Assembly: GCA_903873565.1 (NCBI GenBank)
Contig: CAIQOY010000191.1
Coordinates: 1-34,267, forward strand
Source of the DNA: an uncultured Actinomycetes bacterium
GTDB taxonomy: Bacteria > Actinomycetota > Thermoleophilia > Gaiellales > F1-60-MAGs149
Direction: 5' to 3'
Length of the DNA: 34,267 bases
This document shows positions 14,747 to 24,718 of this stretch, piece by piece (positions within the stretch are counted from its first letter, which is position 1; every line of letters starts with the position of its first letter). Position numbers and translations under genes: made by a program. Below the pieces are notes generated by a model. That model was not told the origin of the DNA and made no database searches. It saw nothing but the letters and a program-made list of their open reading frames with translations.

Positions 14747-16759
14747 TCAGCGGGCCGTCAGCCGAAGCGGTTCGGACAGCTCGGCGCCGACCCGCGCGCG
14801 GACGGTGTAGACCCCGGCCGCAGGCAGGCGGACCGGCGTCGCGAAGGCGCCGTCCGCGCCGGCCGCGACGCGCACAACCGCGACCCAGCGACCACCCGCT
14901 CGTGCCTCGATGGCGACCCGCCGGCCGGCGGGCGCGCTGCCGAGAAGACGCACCTCCGCCCCGGCCGCGACGCGGGTGCGCAGGGCCTTCAGGCGCACGG
15001 CGCCCCCGGCCTCCACCGCGACCTCGGCCTCGGCCCCCGCCGCGAGGACGACCACCCGTCCGGCCGCGCTGCGGGGCACGGCGATGCGCGCTGTGCCGTC
15101 GGGGCCCGTGACGCCGGCGCCGACGCGCCTGCCGTTGGGGCGCTGGGCGATCACGGCCACCCCGTCCGCAGGGGCGGACCCGATCTCCACGCGCACCAGG
15201 AGGGTGCCGCGGGGGCCGCGCAGGCGCAGGCGCTGCGGCACGACGAGCCGCGCCCCCGACGGCGCGGCCGCCGCCACGGGCTCCGCGACGGACGCTGGCG
15301 GTTCGGGATCCGCGCCGGGCGGGGCCGTGGGCAGGGGCGCCGGCGGCGGCACCGGCGGTGCCGGGACCGTGAACGCCCAGCTCGTCTGGGCGCGGTTGCC
15401 GGAGCGATCCAGCGCCACCAGCTGCACGACGTGCTCGCCCACCGGCCACCCGAGCGGGTGGCGCAGGCGCAGGTCACCGTTCGCGAAGGACGCGGCGGCC
15501 GTCATGTCCAGGCCGTCGACGGCGACGCGCACGCCATCGACCGCGACCCCGGCGCCCGCGTCGGTCACGCGCGCACGGACCTCCGCCGTGGCGCTGGCGA
15601 TGCCGGTCGGCGCGGCCTCGGCGATCGTCGGCGCGGTCTGGTCGCGGATGGCGATCACCTGCTGGCCCTCGCTGCGGTTGCCGGCTGCGTCGTCGACGCG
15701 CCACGTGACCAGGTGCAGGCCGTCGGCGAGCGGCTGCGGCGGCACGAAGCGCAGCTCGCCCCGCACGGTCTCGTCGCTGACGGGGATGCCGTTGACCGCG
15801 ACCTCGACCCGCGCGACCCCGCTGGCCGCGTCAGCGGTCGCCAGCCGCAGCTCGGGGAGGCGGGCCTCGGGGTCGGCCGGGCCCGTGAGCTCGGCCTGCG
15901 GGGGCGTGTTGTCGACCCGGACGAGGCTCCCCGCCAGCGAGGTGCGGTTGCCGTCGCCGGTGCCGTCGACCGCGCTGGCCGAGGTGCCGTAGGCGCCGTC
16001 GGGGAGCTGCGCGGTATCGATGCACGGGGCGGCCTCGTAGGCCGCAGGCCGCGGCTGCAGGCGCCCTCCGGACGGCGCGGCGGCGACGGCCACCGCTGCC
16101 CCGATCGCGTACTCGAGGCGGTCCACGCCGAGCCCCAAGTCCGTCGCGGCCAGCGACGCGCAGAGGACGCCGCGCCGCCAGCCGTCCCCGAGCGCCTCCG
16201 CGCCCCAGCGCAGCTCCGGCGGGCTCGTGTCCCGCACGCGCAGGACGACCGCCTCCACGGTGACCGCGTTGTCGGCGTCCGAGCGCACGGCGCCCCGGGC
16301 GATCGCCGACTCGGCCACGAGGGCCACCGCGACGGCGCTCGCCCCGCGGCCGGCGGTGACGCTGCGCGTCGTCTGCTGCGCCGCGCGGATGCGCGTCTGG
16401 TCGACCCAGCGCCCGCCGTAACGCGCCTGCACCTTCGCGACCACGCCCGCCTGGCGCGTGCGCACCCGCAGCCGCACCTGCGCGTCGAGAATGGCGGTAC
16501 CTGCCGGTGCGGCGTACTGCAGGACGGCCTGCCGGCGGGCGGGGACCGCGCTGCGGGACGGGATCCGCAGCGTCGCGCAGCCCGCCGCGCAGCCGGCGAG
16601 GCCGGGCGCGATCTGCGCGCTGAGCCCGGTCGGCTCCGGCGAGCCGAGCTCGTAGACGACGAGGTGCTCCCCGGCGCGGGCCTCGCCGCCCACGGCGACG
16701 ATCAGGAGCGGAACGAGGAGCAGGGGCAGGCGGCGGACGATCGCGAGGACGTTGGACAT
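14747..16759 (-). CDS. Secreted multi-Ig-like-domain protein (670 aa)
   Basis: Signal peptide (..ARA|G), repeated Ig-boundary motifs RDTSPP, VDNTPP, RDQTAP with DAAGN/DRSGN turns, Pro-rich linker and Arg-rich beta C-terminal domains. Start set at ATG 16759. Confidence 0.8.
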   Translation of the reverse strand: MSNVLAIVRRLPLLLVPLLIVAVGGEARAGEHLVVYELGSPEPTGLSAQIAPGLAGCAAGCATLRIPSRSAVPARRQAVLQYAAPAGTAILDAQVRLRVRTRQAGVVAKVQARYGGRWVDQTRIRAAQQTTRSVTAGRGASAVAVALVAESAIARGAVRSDADNAVTVEAVVLRVRDTSPPELRWGAEALGDGWRRGVLCASLAATDLGLGVDRLEYAIGAAVAVAAAPSGGRLQPRPAAYEAAPCIDTAQLPDGAYGTSASAVDGTGDGNRTSLAGSLVRVDNTPPQAELTGPADPEARLPELRLATADAASGVARVEVAVNGIPVSDETVRGELRFVPPQPLADGLHLVTWRVDDAAGNRSEGQQVIAIRDQTAPTIAEAAPTGIASATAEVRARVTDAGAGVAVDGVRVAVDGLDMTAAASFANGDLRLRHPLGWPVGEHVVQLVALDRSGNRAQTSWAFTVPAPPVPPPAPLPTAPPGADPEPPASVAEPVAAAAPSGARLVVPQRLRLRGPRGTLLVRVEIGSAPADGVAVIAQRPNGRRVGAGVTGPDGTARIAVPRSAAGRVVVLAAGAEAEVAVEAGGAVRLKALRTRVAAGAEVRLLGSAPAGRRVAIEARAGGRWVAVVRVAAGADGAFATPVRLPAAGVYTVRARVGAELSEPLRLTAR

Positions 16760-16887
16760 GGCCGGACCATCGCCCGGGTCCGGGGCGCCGCGTGCGCCGT
16801 GGGCGTGCCGCAGGCGCACCGGATGCGCACGGGGTCCCGTCGCCCTGTGCCGGCCCCACCCGCGCGGCGCGCGGATACGCTTCGGCG

Positions 16888-17256
16888 GTGCGCGTCCTGG
16901 CCTGCCTGCCCGCCGTCCTGATCGCGGCCCTGATCTGGTGGCTCTCGTCGACCCCCGATCTGGCGGTGGCCGCCGGCGCCCTCGACACCGTGCTGCGCAA
17001 GGCGGCGCACATCGGGGTCTTCGCCGCCCTCGCGCTGGCCTGCGTCCTCGCCCTCCGCGCCAACGGGGTCCGCGCGGCTGCGGCGATCGCGATCGGGGCG
17101 CTGATCGCGCTCGGCTACGCGGCCGTCGACGAGCTGCACCAGTCCACGGTGCCGACCCGCAACGGCGCCGTGTCGGACGTCCTGATCGACGCGCTCGGGG
17201 TCGGGCTGGCCTCCCTGGCCCTGGCCCGCCGCGCGCGGAGGCCGGTGCCGTGCTGA
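16888..17256 (+). CDS. VanZ-family membrane protein
   Basis: IWWLSS, RKAAH, YAAVDELHQSTVPTR..SDVLID. TACGCT box 6 nt before GTG 16888. Confidence 0.9.
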   Translation: MRVLACLPAVLIAALIWWLSSTPDLAVAAGALDTVLRKAAHIGVFAALALACVLALRANGVRAAAAIAIGALIALGYAAVDELHQSTVPTRNGAVSDVLIDALGVGLASLALARRARRPVPC

Positions 17257-17732
17257 TCGTCATCGACCGCGCCCTCGCCGATGTGGACGCCCTCGTCGCG
17301 GAGGCGGCCGACTACCTCTCGCGGCGCCTCGGCGGCACGCCGCCTCTCGACGCCGCGGCCCTGCCGCGCGATGCGGCGGGCGCCCTCGCCGCGATCGACG
17401 CGTGGGCGGGCGACGAGGTCGCCAACTGGCGGCAGGAGCTGATCCGCTGGTTCGAGGCCCACGCGCCGGTGCGCCTCGTCCCCGACCCCGACGTCAACGC
17501 GACCCTGCGCCGCGCCGCCAAGGGCGGCCAGCGCCTCGCGGTCGCCAGCGCCCTCCCGCCCGAGGCGCTCGAGCTGGTGCTGCAGCAGCTGGGCTGCGCC
17601 CGTGCGTTCGCGGCCTCCTGCGCCGGCGACGGCTCGCTCAACGACGCCCTCGACGGAGCGCGCGCGGCCCTCGGCGGGGACCCGCCGGTCGCGGACAGCC
17701 GCGACGCGCTGCTCGCCGCGCTCTCCGGCTAG
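17250..17732 (+). CDS. HAD-superfamily-like protein, catalytic motifs degenerate
   Basis: GGAGG RBS and GTG overlapping the end of vanZ. PDPDVNATLRR...RLAVASA...VLQQLG resembles the HAD motif II region, but DxD and GD motifs are missing. Confidence 0.6.
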   Translation: MLIVIDRALADVDALVAEAADYLSRRLGGTPPLDAAALPRDAAGALAAIDAWAGDEVANWRQELIRWFEAHAPVRLVPDPDVNATLRRAAKGGQRLAVASALPPEALELVLQQLGCARAFAASCAGDGSLNDALDGARAALGGDPPVADSRDALLAALSG

Positions 17733-18574
17733 CCCGGCAGCGCCAGCAGGACCACCGCGACCACGATCAGCGCGAGGCCCGCGTACTGGACGCTGCGGAG
17801 GCGCTCCTTGAGGATCAGGACCCCGATCAGGGCCGCGACGGTGCCGTACTGCCCGGTCAGCACCGAGGCCTGCGCGACCCCGTACTCGGACGCGAACAGA
17901 AACAGCGTGAACCCGAAGACCTCGCCGATGCCGGTGATCGCCGCGAAGCCGAGCGCACGCCGGTCCCGCACCAGCGGCCCGCGCATGAGGATCGGGACCG
18001 AGATCGCGAGGACGCCCAGCACGCGCATGAAGGCGACCACCCACGATGCGCCGACGTCGTCCTGGATCTCGCCGCCGGCCCACAGCTGCACGCCCCACGC
18101 GAGCGCGGCCCCGCCGGCGAGCAGCGCCGCCTTCGTCTGGTGCGGGTACTCGACCCCCGGCGTGGACACGTCGCCGCGCGTGGCGAGCACGGCGCCCGCG
18201 ACGGCGAGCGCGAGGCCGAGGAACGCGAGCGGCGACGTCGGCTCGCCGGTCAGGATCGCGATGACGGCCCCGAACCCCCCGTACGTCCCGGAGATGGGCA
18301 CCAGGGTGGAGATCTTCCCCATCCGCAGCGCGGCGTAGAGGAGGATCAGGCCGCCGATCCCGGTGCCCGCGACGAGCAGGAGCCAGAGGATCGCGCGGGG
18401 ATCGATCCGGCCCGGCATCCCCGAGGCGAGGGCAAGGGGCACGGCCACCAGGACGCTGAACAGCATCGAGTAGCCGACGGCCCGCATGCCGCCGAGCCGC
18501 CGCGCCGCCAGGCCCCCCGTCACGCCGCCGATGCCCCACAGGAGCGCCGACAGCAGGCCGAGGACGATGCCCAT
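17729..18574 (-). CDS. EamA/DMT-family transporter
   Basis: About 10 TM helices, GLLSALLWG, LYAALRMGK, ILTGE, ILKERL. ATG overlaps the upstream stop. Confidence 0.9.
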   Translation of the reverse strand: MGIVLGLLSALLWGIGGVTGGLAARRLGGMRAVGYSMLFSVLVAVPLALASGMPGRIDPRAILWLLLVAGTGIGGLILLYAALRMGKISTLVPISGTYGGFGAVIAILTGEPTSPLAFLGLALAVAGAVLATRGDVSTPGVEYPHQTKAALLAGGAALAWGVQLWAGGEIQDDVGASWVVAFMRVLGVLAISVPILMRGPLVRDRRALGFAAITGIGEVFGFTLFLFASEYGVAQASVLTGQYGTVAALIGVLILKERLRSVQYAGLALIVVAVVLLALPG

Positions 18575-19431
18575 CAGATCGAGCCCGACACCGAGATCGC
18601 CACGACGCCGATGATGACGATCGCCACCCCGGCCAGCTGCATCCGCGAGAGCCGCTCGCGCAGGATGACCCAGGACAGGAGCGTGGCGACCGTGGCGTAC
18701 TGGGTCGCCATGACCGCCGCCACGGCGATCCCGTCCCCCGCCCCCCAGAGGAAGCCGAGGAACCCGATCGACTCGCAGACCCCGGCCGCGAGCGCGAACC
18801 ACAGCCCCGGTCGGGCCCACTGCAGCTCGCGGCGGAGGACGAGCGGGAGGCCCATGGTGACGAGCCCGGTCAGGCGGGCGCTCAGCACGACCCACGGCCC
18901 GCCGAGCTTCTGGGCGATGTCGCCGCTGACGTAGAGCGCGGTGCCGAAGATCACGGCCGCCCCGCCCGCGCTGACCGCCGCCCGCCGGTTGTCGCGCACG
19001 ACGGCATCGGAGTCGTCGTCGTGGCGCCCGAGGCCGACCACCGACACGCCGGCGGCGGCCATCAGGATGCCCGCCGCGGCCAGCCAGCCGATCGTCTCGC
19101 CGAGCAGCACGGCGATGATCGCGGCGATCGCGCCCTCGGTGCTCGTGATCGCGACCACCAGGCCGACCTTGCCTCGGGCGAGCGCCGCGTAGGTGAAGCG
19201 CAGCCCGATCGCCGACGACAGGCCCGCGTAGATCAGGAGCGCGACGTTGACCCAGGTCCAGTCGCCGCGCACCCCGTACCAGGCGAGCACGGGCAGGATC
19301 AGGACCAGCCCGCCGGCGCCGACCCAGGCCAGCGTCGACGACGGCCCGATCTGCCGCGAGGCGCGGCCCGCGAGGATCGTGCTGACGCCCCACATGAGGG
19401 CGGCGATGCCGCCCCCGACCAGCGCGATCAC
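18574..19431 (-). CDS. EamA/DMT-family transporter
   Basis: C-terminal part of track ORF 18574..22341. GIAALMWG, YAALARGK, VLLGE, ILRERL. GTG overlaps the thrC stop. Confidence 0.9.
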   Translation of the reverse strand: MIALVGGGIAALMWGVSTILAGRASRQIGPSSTLAWVGAGGLVLILPVLAWYGVRGDWTWVNVALLIYAGLSSAIGLRFTYAALARGKVGLVVAITSTEGAIAAIIAVLLGETIGWLAAAGILMAAAGVSVVGLGRHDDDSDAVVRDNRRAAVSAGGAAVIFGTALYVSGDIAQKLGGPWVVLSARLTGLVTMGLPLVLRRELQWARPGLWFALAAGVCESIGFLGFLWGAGDGIAVAAVMATQYATVATLLSWVILRERLSRMQLAGVAIVIIGVVAISVSGSI

Positions 19432-20498
19432 GTGCCGTCGCCGAGCACGACCGCCTCGAGCGCGCTGCGCTCGGCGGGGATCGTGACGGGGGGCGCGCTC
19501 TCCGCGATGGCGTTGTCCGGGTCCTTCAGGCCGTGCCCCGTGAGGACGCAGACGACCTCGGCCCCCTCGGGGACGAGCCCGTCGCGACGGGCGTTGGCGA
19601 GACCCGCCAGCGACGCCGCGCTCGAGGGCTCGCAGAACACGCCCTCGTCGCGCACCGCATGGCCGAACCAGTCGAGGATCTCGCGGTCGGAGGCGGCCGC
19701 GAAGCCGCCGCCCGAGTCGCGCGCCGCCGCCCCGGCCTCCTCGCGGCGCACGGGCGCCCCGATGCGGATCGCGGTGGCGATCGTCTCCGGCCGCTCGACG
19801 TCGACGCCGCGCACCATGGCGGCCGACCCCTCGGCCTGCGCGCCCAGCATGCGCGGCAGGCGGTCGCAGTCGCCGCGCTCGTGGGCCTCGCGGAAGCCGC
19901 GCCAGTAGGCGGTGATGTTGCCGCCGTTGCCGACCGGCAGGCACATCCACTCCGGCACGTGGCCGAGGTCGTCGAGGATCTCCCAGGCCGCGGTCTTCTG
20001 CCCCTCGAGCCGGTACGGATTGAGGTTGTTGACGAGCGTGATCGGGTGCTCCTCGCTCATGATCCGCACGAGCCGCAGGGCGTCGTCGAAGGAGCCGTCG
20101 ATCTGGACCACCACGGCGCCCGCCACCTGGGCCTGCGCGAGCTTGCCGAGCGCGACCTTGCCGCCGGGGATGACCACCACGCAGCGGATCCCGGCCCGCG
20201 CGCTGTAGGCCGCCGCGGAGGCCGACGTGTTGCCCGTCGAGGCGCAGATCACGGCCTTGGCGCCGTCCTGCGCCGCCTTCGAGAGCGCCATCGTCATGCC
20301 GCGGTCCTTGAACGACCCGGTCGGGTTCATGCCCTCGTACTTCAGCCACAGGTCGACCCCGAGGCGCGCGCCGAGCCGCGGGGCCCGGAGCAGCGGCGTC
20401 GAGCCCTCGCCGAGCGTGACCACGGGGGTCGCGTCGTCGACGGGGAGCCAGGCGCGGTAGCGCTCGATCAGGCCCGCGCTGCGCATGGAGGTCGACAT
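19428..20498 (-). CDS. thrC: Threonine synthase
   Basis: TLGEGSTPL, KYEGMNPTGSFKDRG (PLP Lys), CASTGNTSASAAAY, PVGNGGN, LTGHGLKDP. Confidence 0.96.
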   Translation of the reverse strand: MSTSMRSAGLIERYRAWLPVDDATPVVTLGEGSTPLLRAPRLGARLGVDLWLKYEGMNPTGSFKDRGMTMALSKAAQDGAKAVICASTGNTSASAAAYSARAGIRCVVVIPGGKVALGKLAQAQVAGAVVVQIDGSFDDALRLVRIMSEEHPITLVNNLNPYRLEGQKTAAWEILDDLGHVPEWMCLPVGNGGNITAYWRGFREAHERGDCDRLPRMLGAQAEGSAAMVRGVDVERPETIATAIRIGAPVRREEAGAAARDSGGGFAAASDREILDWFGHAVRDEGVFCEPSSAASLAGLANARRDGLVPEGAEVVCVLTGHGLKDPDNAIAESAPPVTIPAERSALEAVVLGDGT

Positions 20499-20538
20499 GA
20501 CTCCGAAACGGTACCCGACCGCTAGGCTGCCGAATCCA

Positions 20539-21822
20539 ATGGCCGCGGACCCCATCGGCATCGGACTGCTCGGCTACGGCACCGTCGGCTCCGCCGTCGA
20601 CCGCCTGCTGTCCGCCCGCCGCGACGACGTCGCGCGCGTCCTCGGCGCCCCCGTCGAGGTGCGGCGCGCGCTCGTGCGCGACCTCGGGCGCCCGCGCGGC
20701 GACGCGATCCGCGACGGGCTCCTGACCGATGACTTCGCCGCGATCCGCGACGACGCGTCGATCGCGGTCGTCGCCGAGGTGATGGGCGGCGTCGAGCCGA
20801 CGCGCGGCTGGATGCTGGAGCTCTTCGCGGCCGGCAAGTCGGTGGTGACCGCCAACAAGCAGCTGCTGGCCCGCCACGGCGCGGAGCTCTTCGCGGCCGC
20901 CGAGGAGCACGGCGTGCAGCTGCGCTTCGAGGCGAGCGTCTGCGCGGCCATCCCCGTGGTCAAGGTGCTCCGCGAGTCGATGGTGGCCAGCGAGGTGACC
21001 GCGGTCCTCGGCATCGTCAACGGCACGACCAACTACATGCTCTCCGCGATGGCCGCCGGCGCCGACTACGCGGCGGTGCTCGCCGAGGCGCAGCGGCTCG
21101 GGTACGCCGAGGCCGACCCGACCGAGGACGTAACCGGCGCCGACGCCGCCGCGAAGATCGCGATCCTCGCCTCCATCGCCTTCCACACCCGCGTCACCAT
21201 CGCCGACGTGCCCCACGAGGGCATCGACCGCCTCGACTCCCTGGACGTCGCGTTCGCCGACGACCTCGGCTACAGCGTCAAGCTGATCGGCCAGGCCCGC
21301 CGGGTCGAGCAGGGCGTCGTGGTCGGGGTCGCCCCCACGCTCGTGCCCCGCGCGCACGGTCTGAGCGCGGTCAACGGGTCCTTCAACGCGGTCATGCTGC
21401 GCGGCGACGCGATCCGCGAGGTCACCCTCGTCGGTCCAGGCGCGGGCGGCGACGAGACCGCGAGCGCCGTGATCGGCGACCTGATGGGCGTGCTCGGCAC
21501 CTCCGGGACGGGCTTCCCACGCGGCGACGGCCTCTTCCGCGACCTCCCGCTGGTGGCGGCCGACGATGTCGTCTCCGCGCTGTACCTGCGGCTCGACGTC
21601 CGCGACGAGCCCGGCGTCCTCGCGCGCATCGCCTCCGTCCTCGCCGACGAGCGCGTCTCCATCGACAGCGTCGTGCAGCGCGCCGAGGGCGGCCGCGCCC
21701 AGCTCGTGATCGTCACGCACCCCGCCTCCGAGGGCGCGGCGCGGCGGGCGATCGCCACGATCGCCGGCCTCGACATCTGCGAGGGCGACCCGGTCGTCCT
21801 GCGCGTGCTCGCGGACGGCTAG
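20539..21822 (+). CDS. hom: Homoserine dehydrogenase with C-terminal ACT domain
   Basis: GLLGYGTVG, VVTANK, FEASV, GIVNGTTNY, GYAEADPTEDV, GPGAGG and ACT motif DEPGVLARI. Confidence 0.96.
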   Translation: MAADPIGIGLLGYGTVGSAVDRLLSARRDDVARVLGAPVEVRRALVRDLGRPRGDAIRDGLLTDDFAAIRDDASIAVVAEVMGGVEPTRGWMLELFAAGKSVVTANKQLLARHGAELFAAAEEHGVQLRFEASVCAAIPVVKVLRESMVASEVTAVLGIVNGTTNYMLSAMAAGADYAAVLAEAQRLGYAEADPTEDVTGADAAAKIAILASIAFHTRVTIADVPHEGIDRLDSLDVAFADDLGYSVKLIGQARRVEQGVVVGVAPTLVPRAHGLSAVNGSFNAVMLRGDAIREVTLVGPGAGGDETASAVIGDLMGVLGTSGTGFPRGDGLFRDLPLVAADDVVSALYLRLDVRDEPGVLARIASVLADERVSIDSVVQRAEGGRAQLVIVTHPASEGAARRAIATIAGLDICEGDPVVLRVLADG

Positions 21823-21832
21823 GATCGCGCCC

Positions 21833-22546
21833 ATGGACCGCCTGGCCGGCAAGCGCGCGCTCGTCACCGGCGGCGCCTCGGGCATCGGCGCGGGCATCGC
21901 GGAGCGCTTCCGGGAGGAGGGCGCGCAGGTCGTCGTCCTCGACCTCGCCGGCGGGGACATCGACTGCGACATCCGCGACGCGGACGGCGTGGCCGCGGCC
22001 GTCGGGGAGGCCGTCGAGCGCCTCGGCGGGCTCGACCTGCTCGTGCTGAACGCCGCCCGCCCGTGCGTGGGGACCCTCTGGGAGCTGGACGACGCCACGT
22101 GGGACGACGCCGTCGCCGTCAACCTCACCAGCGTGCACCGCTTCGTGCGCGCCGCCTGGGAGCACCTCGTCGCGGCCCGCGGCACGATCCTGCTGACCGG
22201 CTCCGTGGTCGGCCTCGACGGGTCCGGCAACCAGGCCGCGTACTGCGCCACCAAGGCCGGCGTCGTGATGCTGACCAAGTGCCTCGCGATCGACGGCGCC
22301 CCGCACGGGGTGCGCGCGAACTGCGTCTGCCCCGGGTTCACCGAGACGCCGATGCTGGAGCGCTTCCTGGCGGAGCAGGAGGACCCCGACGCGGTCCGCA
22401 GCTACGCGACCGGGCTCCACCCCGCCGGGCGCCTCGGCACGCCGCGGGACATCGCGGACGCCTTCGTCTACCTCGCCAGCGACGAGGCGAGCTGGGTGAC
22501 CGGCGTCGCGCTGCCGGTCGACGGCGGCCTCCTGGCCGGCATCTAG
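21833..22546 (+). CDS. Short-chain dehydrogenase/reductase
   Basis: TGGASGIG, YCATK (YxxxK), VRANCVCPG, VDGG. Confidence 0.93.
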   Translation: MDRLAGKRALVTGGASGIGAGIAERFREEGAQVVVLDLAGGDIDCDIRDADGVAAAVGEAVERLGGLDLLVLNAARPCVGTLWELDDATWDDAVAVNLTSVHRFVRAAWEHLVAARGTILLTGSVVGLDGSGNQAAYCATKAGVVMLTKCLAIDGAPHGVRANCVCPGFTETPMLERFLAEQEDPDAVRSYATGLHPAGRLGTPRDIADAFVYLASDEASWVTGVALPVDGGLLAGI

Positions 22547-22563
22547 CGGCCCGCAGACGCGAA

Positions 22564-22593
22564 CGGCCCCGCCGGCCGGAGCCGACGGGGCCG
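22564..22593 (-). terminator. Intrinsic terminator-like hairpin between convergent SDR and hppA
   Basis: Minus strand CGGCCCCGTCGGC-TCCG-GCCGGCGGGGCCG is a 13-bp stem with one G-U pair, followed by TTCGCGTCT. Confidence 0.65.
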
Positions 22594-22606
22594 CGCGACG
22601 GGCGTC

Positions 22607-24718
22607 CTAGATCAGGGCGACGAGCGCCGGGATCAGCAGGATCGCGACGATGTTCGCGATCTTGATCATCGGGTTGATGGCCGGGCCCGCGGTGTCCTTG
22701 TAGGGATCGCCCACGGTGTCGCCGGTGACGGCGGCCTGGTGGGCGATGGAGCCCTTGCCGCCGTGCGCGCCGTCCTCGATCAGCTTCTTCGCGTTGTCCC
22801 ACGCGCCGCCGCCCGAGGTCATCGAGATGGCCAGGAACAGGCCGGTCACGATCGTGCCGAGCAGCAGGCCGCCCAGCATCTGCAGGGCGGAGTCGGTGAA
22901 GACCACGATCAGGCCCACCAGGATCGGGATCACGACCGGGATCGCGGCCGGCACCAGCATCTCGCGGAGCGCGGTGCGGGTCACGATGTCGACGCAGGTG
23001 CCGTACTCGGGGCGGTCCGTGCCGTCCATGATGCCCGGCTTCTCGCGGAACTGCCGGCGCACCTCCTCGACGACCGCCTTGCCGGCCTTGCCAACGGCGC
23101 TCATGCAGAAGGAGGCGAACACGAACGGCATCGCGCCGCCGATCAGGAGGCCGACCACGACCCACGGGTCGGACAGGTCGAACGCGATGTTCGTGAGCTC
23201 GAGCTTGCCCGCCTCCTCGAGCTTGATGATCAGCTCGTCGCGGTACGAGGCGAACAGGATCACCGCGGCGAGGCCGGCGGAGCCGATCGCGTAGCCCTTG
23301 GTGACCGCCTTGGTCGTGTTGCCGACCGCGTCGAGCGGGTCGGTGACCTTGTTGCGGACCTCCTCGGGGAGGCCCGCCATCTCGGCGATGCCGCCGGCGT
23401 TGTCGGTGACCGGGCCGAAGGCGTCGAGCGCGATGATCACGCCCGCCATCGACAGCATGGCGACGACCGCGATCGCGATGCCGACGAGGCCGGCGAGCGC
23501 GTTGGCGATCAGGATGCCGCCGCCGATCACGATCACCGGCAGGGCCGTGGCCTGCATCGAGTAGCCGAGGCCGCTGATGATGTTGGTGGCGTGGCCGGTG
23601 GTCGAGGCCTCCGCGACGTCCTTGACGGGGCGCCAGCGGGTGCCGGTGTAGTACTCGGTGATCGCCATCAGGAGCGCGGTGATCACGAGGCCGACGAGGG
23701 CGCAGATCAGGACGTCGGTGCTGCTCGCGCCGGACAGGGCGTCGGCGTGCTTGGCGATGGCGTCGTCGAGGCCGAGGATGGCCGGGACGAAGAGCACGGC
23801 GGAGATGACCGCCGACACGAGGACGCCGCGGTAGAGGGCGCCCATCACGCTGCCGCCCTCGCCGACGCGCACGACCAGCGTGCCGACGATCGAGGCGAGG
23901 CCGGACAGGCCGCCGAGGATCAGCGGGAGGCCGACGAGGGCCTCGGAGCCGGTGAACTGGCTGAGCAGGAGCATCGCCGCCACGATCGAGACCGCGTAGG
24001 TCTCGAACAGGTCCGCCGCCATGCCGGCGTCGTCGCCGACGTTGTCGCCGACGTTGTCCGCGATCACGGCCGGGTTGCGCGGGTCGTCCTCGGGGATGCC
24101 GGCCTCGATCTTGCCGACGAGGTCCGCGCCGACGTCGGCGCCCTTCGTGAAGATGCCGCCGCCGACGCGCGCGAAGACGGAGATCAGCGAGCCGCCGAAG
24201 CCGAGGCCGACGAGGCCGTAGATCGCCTCGCCCTGCGTGGCGCCCATCTGGAGCAGGAAGCCGTAGTAGCCGGCGACGCCGAGCAGGCCGAGGCCGACGA
24301 CGAGGATGCCGGTCACGGTGCCGCCCTTGAAGGCGACGTCGAGCGCCGGGCCGAGGCCCGACTTCGCGGCCTCCGCGGTGCGCACGTTGGCGCGCACGGC
24401 GACGTTCATGCCGATGAAGCCGGCGGCCGCCGACAGGATCGCGCCGATCAGGAAGCCGACGGCGACGCGCCAGCCGCCCAGGTCGGGCACGACGAGGAGG
24501 ATGATCGCCAGGATCACGGCGACGATGGCGACCGTCCGGTACTGACGGCTCAGGTAGGCGGAGGCGCCCTCCTGGATCGCCGCGGCGATCTCGCGCATCT
24601 TGTCGTCACCCTGGGGCTTGGACAGCACCCAGCGGGTCAGGATCAGCCCGTACAGGACGGTGATCGCGCCGCAGACCAGCGCGATCAGCACGGCATGCTC
24701 GGAGAAGAAGGTGGACAT
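22607..24718 (-). CDS. hppA: Membrane-bound H+-translocating pyrophosphatase, predicted K+-independent
   Basis: [68 protein letters not shown]. Confidence 0.96.
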   Translation of the reverse strand: MSTFFSEHAVLIALVCGAITVLYGLILTRWVLSKPQGDDKMREIAAAIQEGASAYLSRQYRTVAIVAVILAIILLVVPDLGGWRVAVGFLIGAILSAAAGFIGMNVAVRANVRTAEAAKSGLGPALDVAFKGGTVTGILVVGLGLLGVAGYYGFLLQMGATQGEAIYGLVGLGFGGSLISVFARVGGGIFTKGADVGADLVGKIEAGIPEDDPRNPAVIADNVGDNVGDDAGMAADLFETYAVSIVAAMLLLSQFTGSEALVGLPLILGGLSGLASIVGTLVVRVGEGGSVMGALYRGVLVSAVISAVLFVPAILGLDDAIAKHADALSGASSTDVLICALVGLVITALLMAITEYYTGTRWRPVKDVAEASTTGHATNIISGLGYSMQATALPVIVIGGGILIANALAGLVGIAIAVVAMLSMAGVIIALDAFGPVTDNAGGIAEMAGLPEEVRNKVTDPLDAVGNTTKAVTKGYAIGSAGLAAVILFASYRDELIIKLEEAGKLELTNIAFDLSDPWVVVGLLIGGAMPFVFASFCMSAVGKAGKAVVEEVRRQFREKPGIMDGTDRPEYGTCVDIVTRTALREMLVPAAIPVVIPILVGLIVVFTDSALQMLGGLLLGTIVTGLFLAISMTSGGGAWDNAKKLIEDGAHGGKGSIAHQAAVTGDTVGDPYKDTAGPAINPMIKIANIVAILLIPALVALI

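Noticed and set aside
16735-16775. GGCGATGG resembling the 5' end of a fluoride riboswitch (minus strand)
   Set aside because: The downstream GCTRATGR pseudoknot segment is absent, and the sequence runs into the start codon. GATGGT is better explained as a -10 box.
16888-17256. vanZ as part of a glycopeptide-resistance cluster
   Set aside because: No vanHAX or vanRS nearby. Stand-alone VanZ-family genes are widespread.
18574-22341. 1255-aa minus-strand ORF (also 28697..31759, 1020 aa)
   Set aside because: Only the C-terminal parts are real genes (EamA from 19431, anti-sigma from 31193). The rest overlaps thrC, hom and SDR, or MTAP and GCS2.
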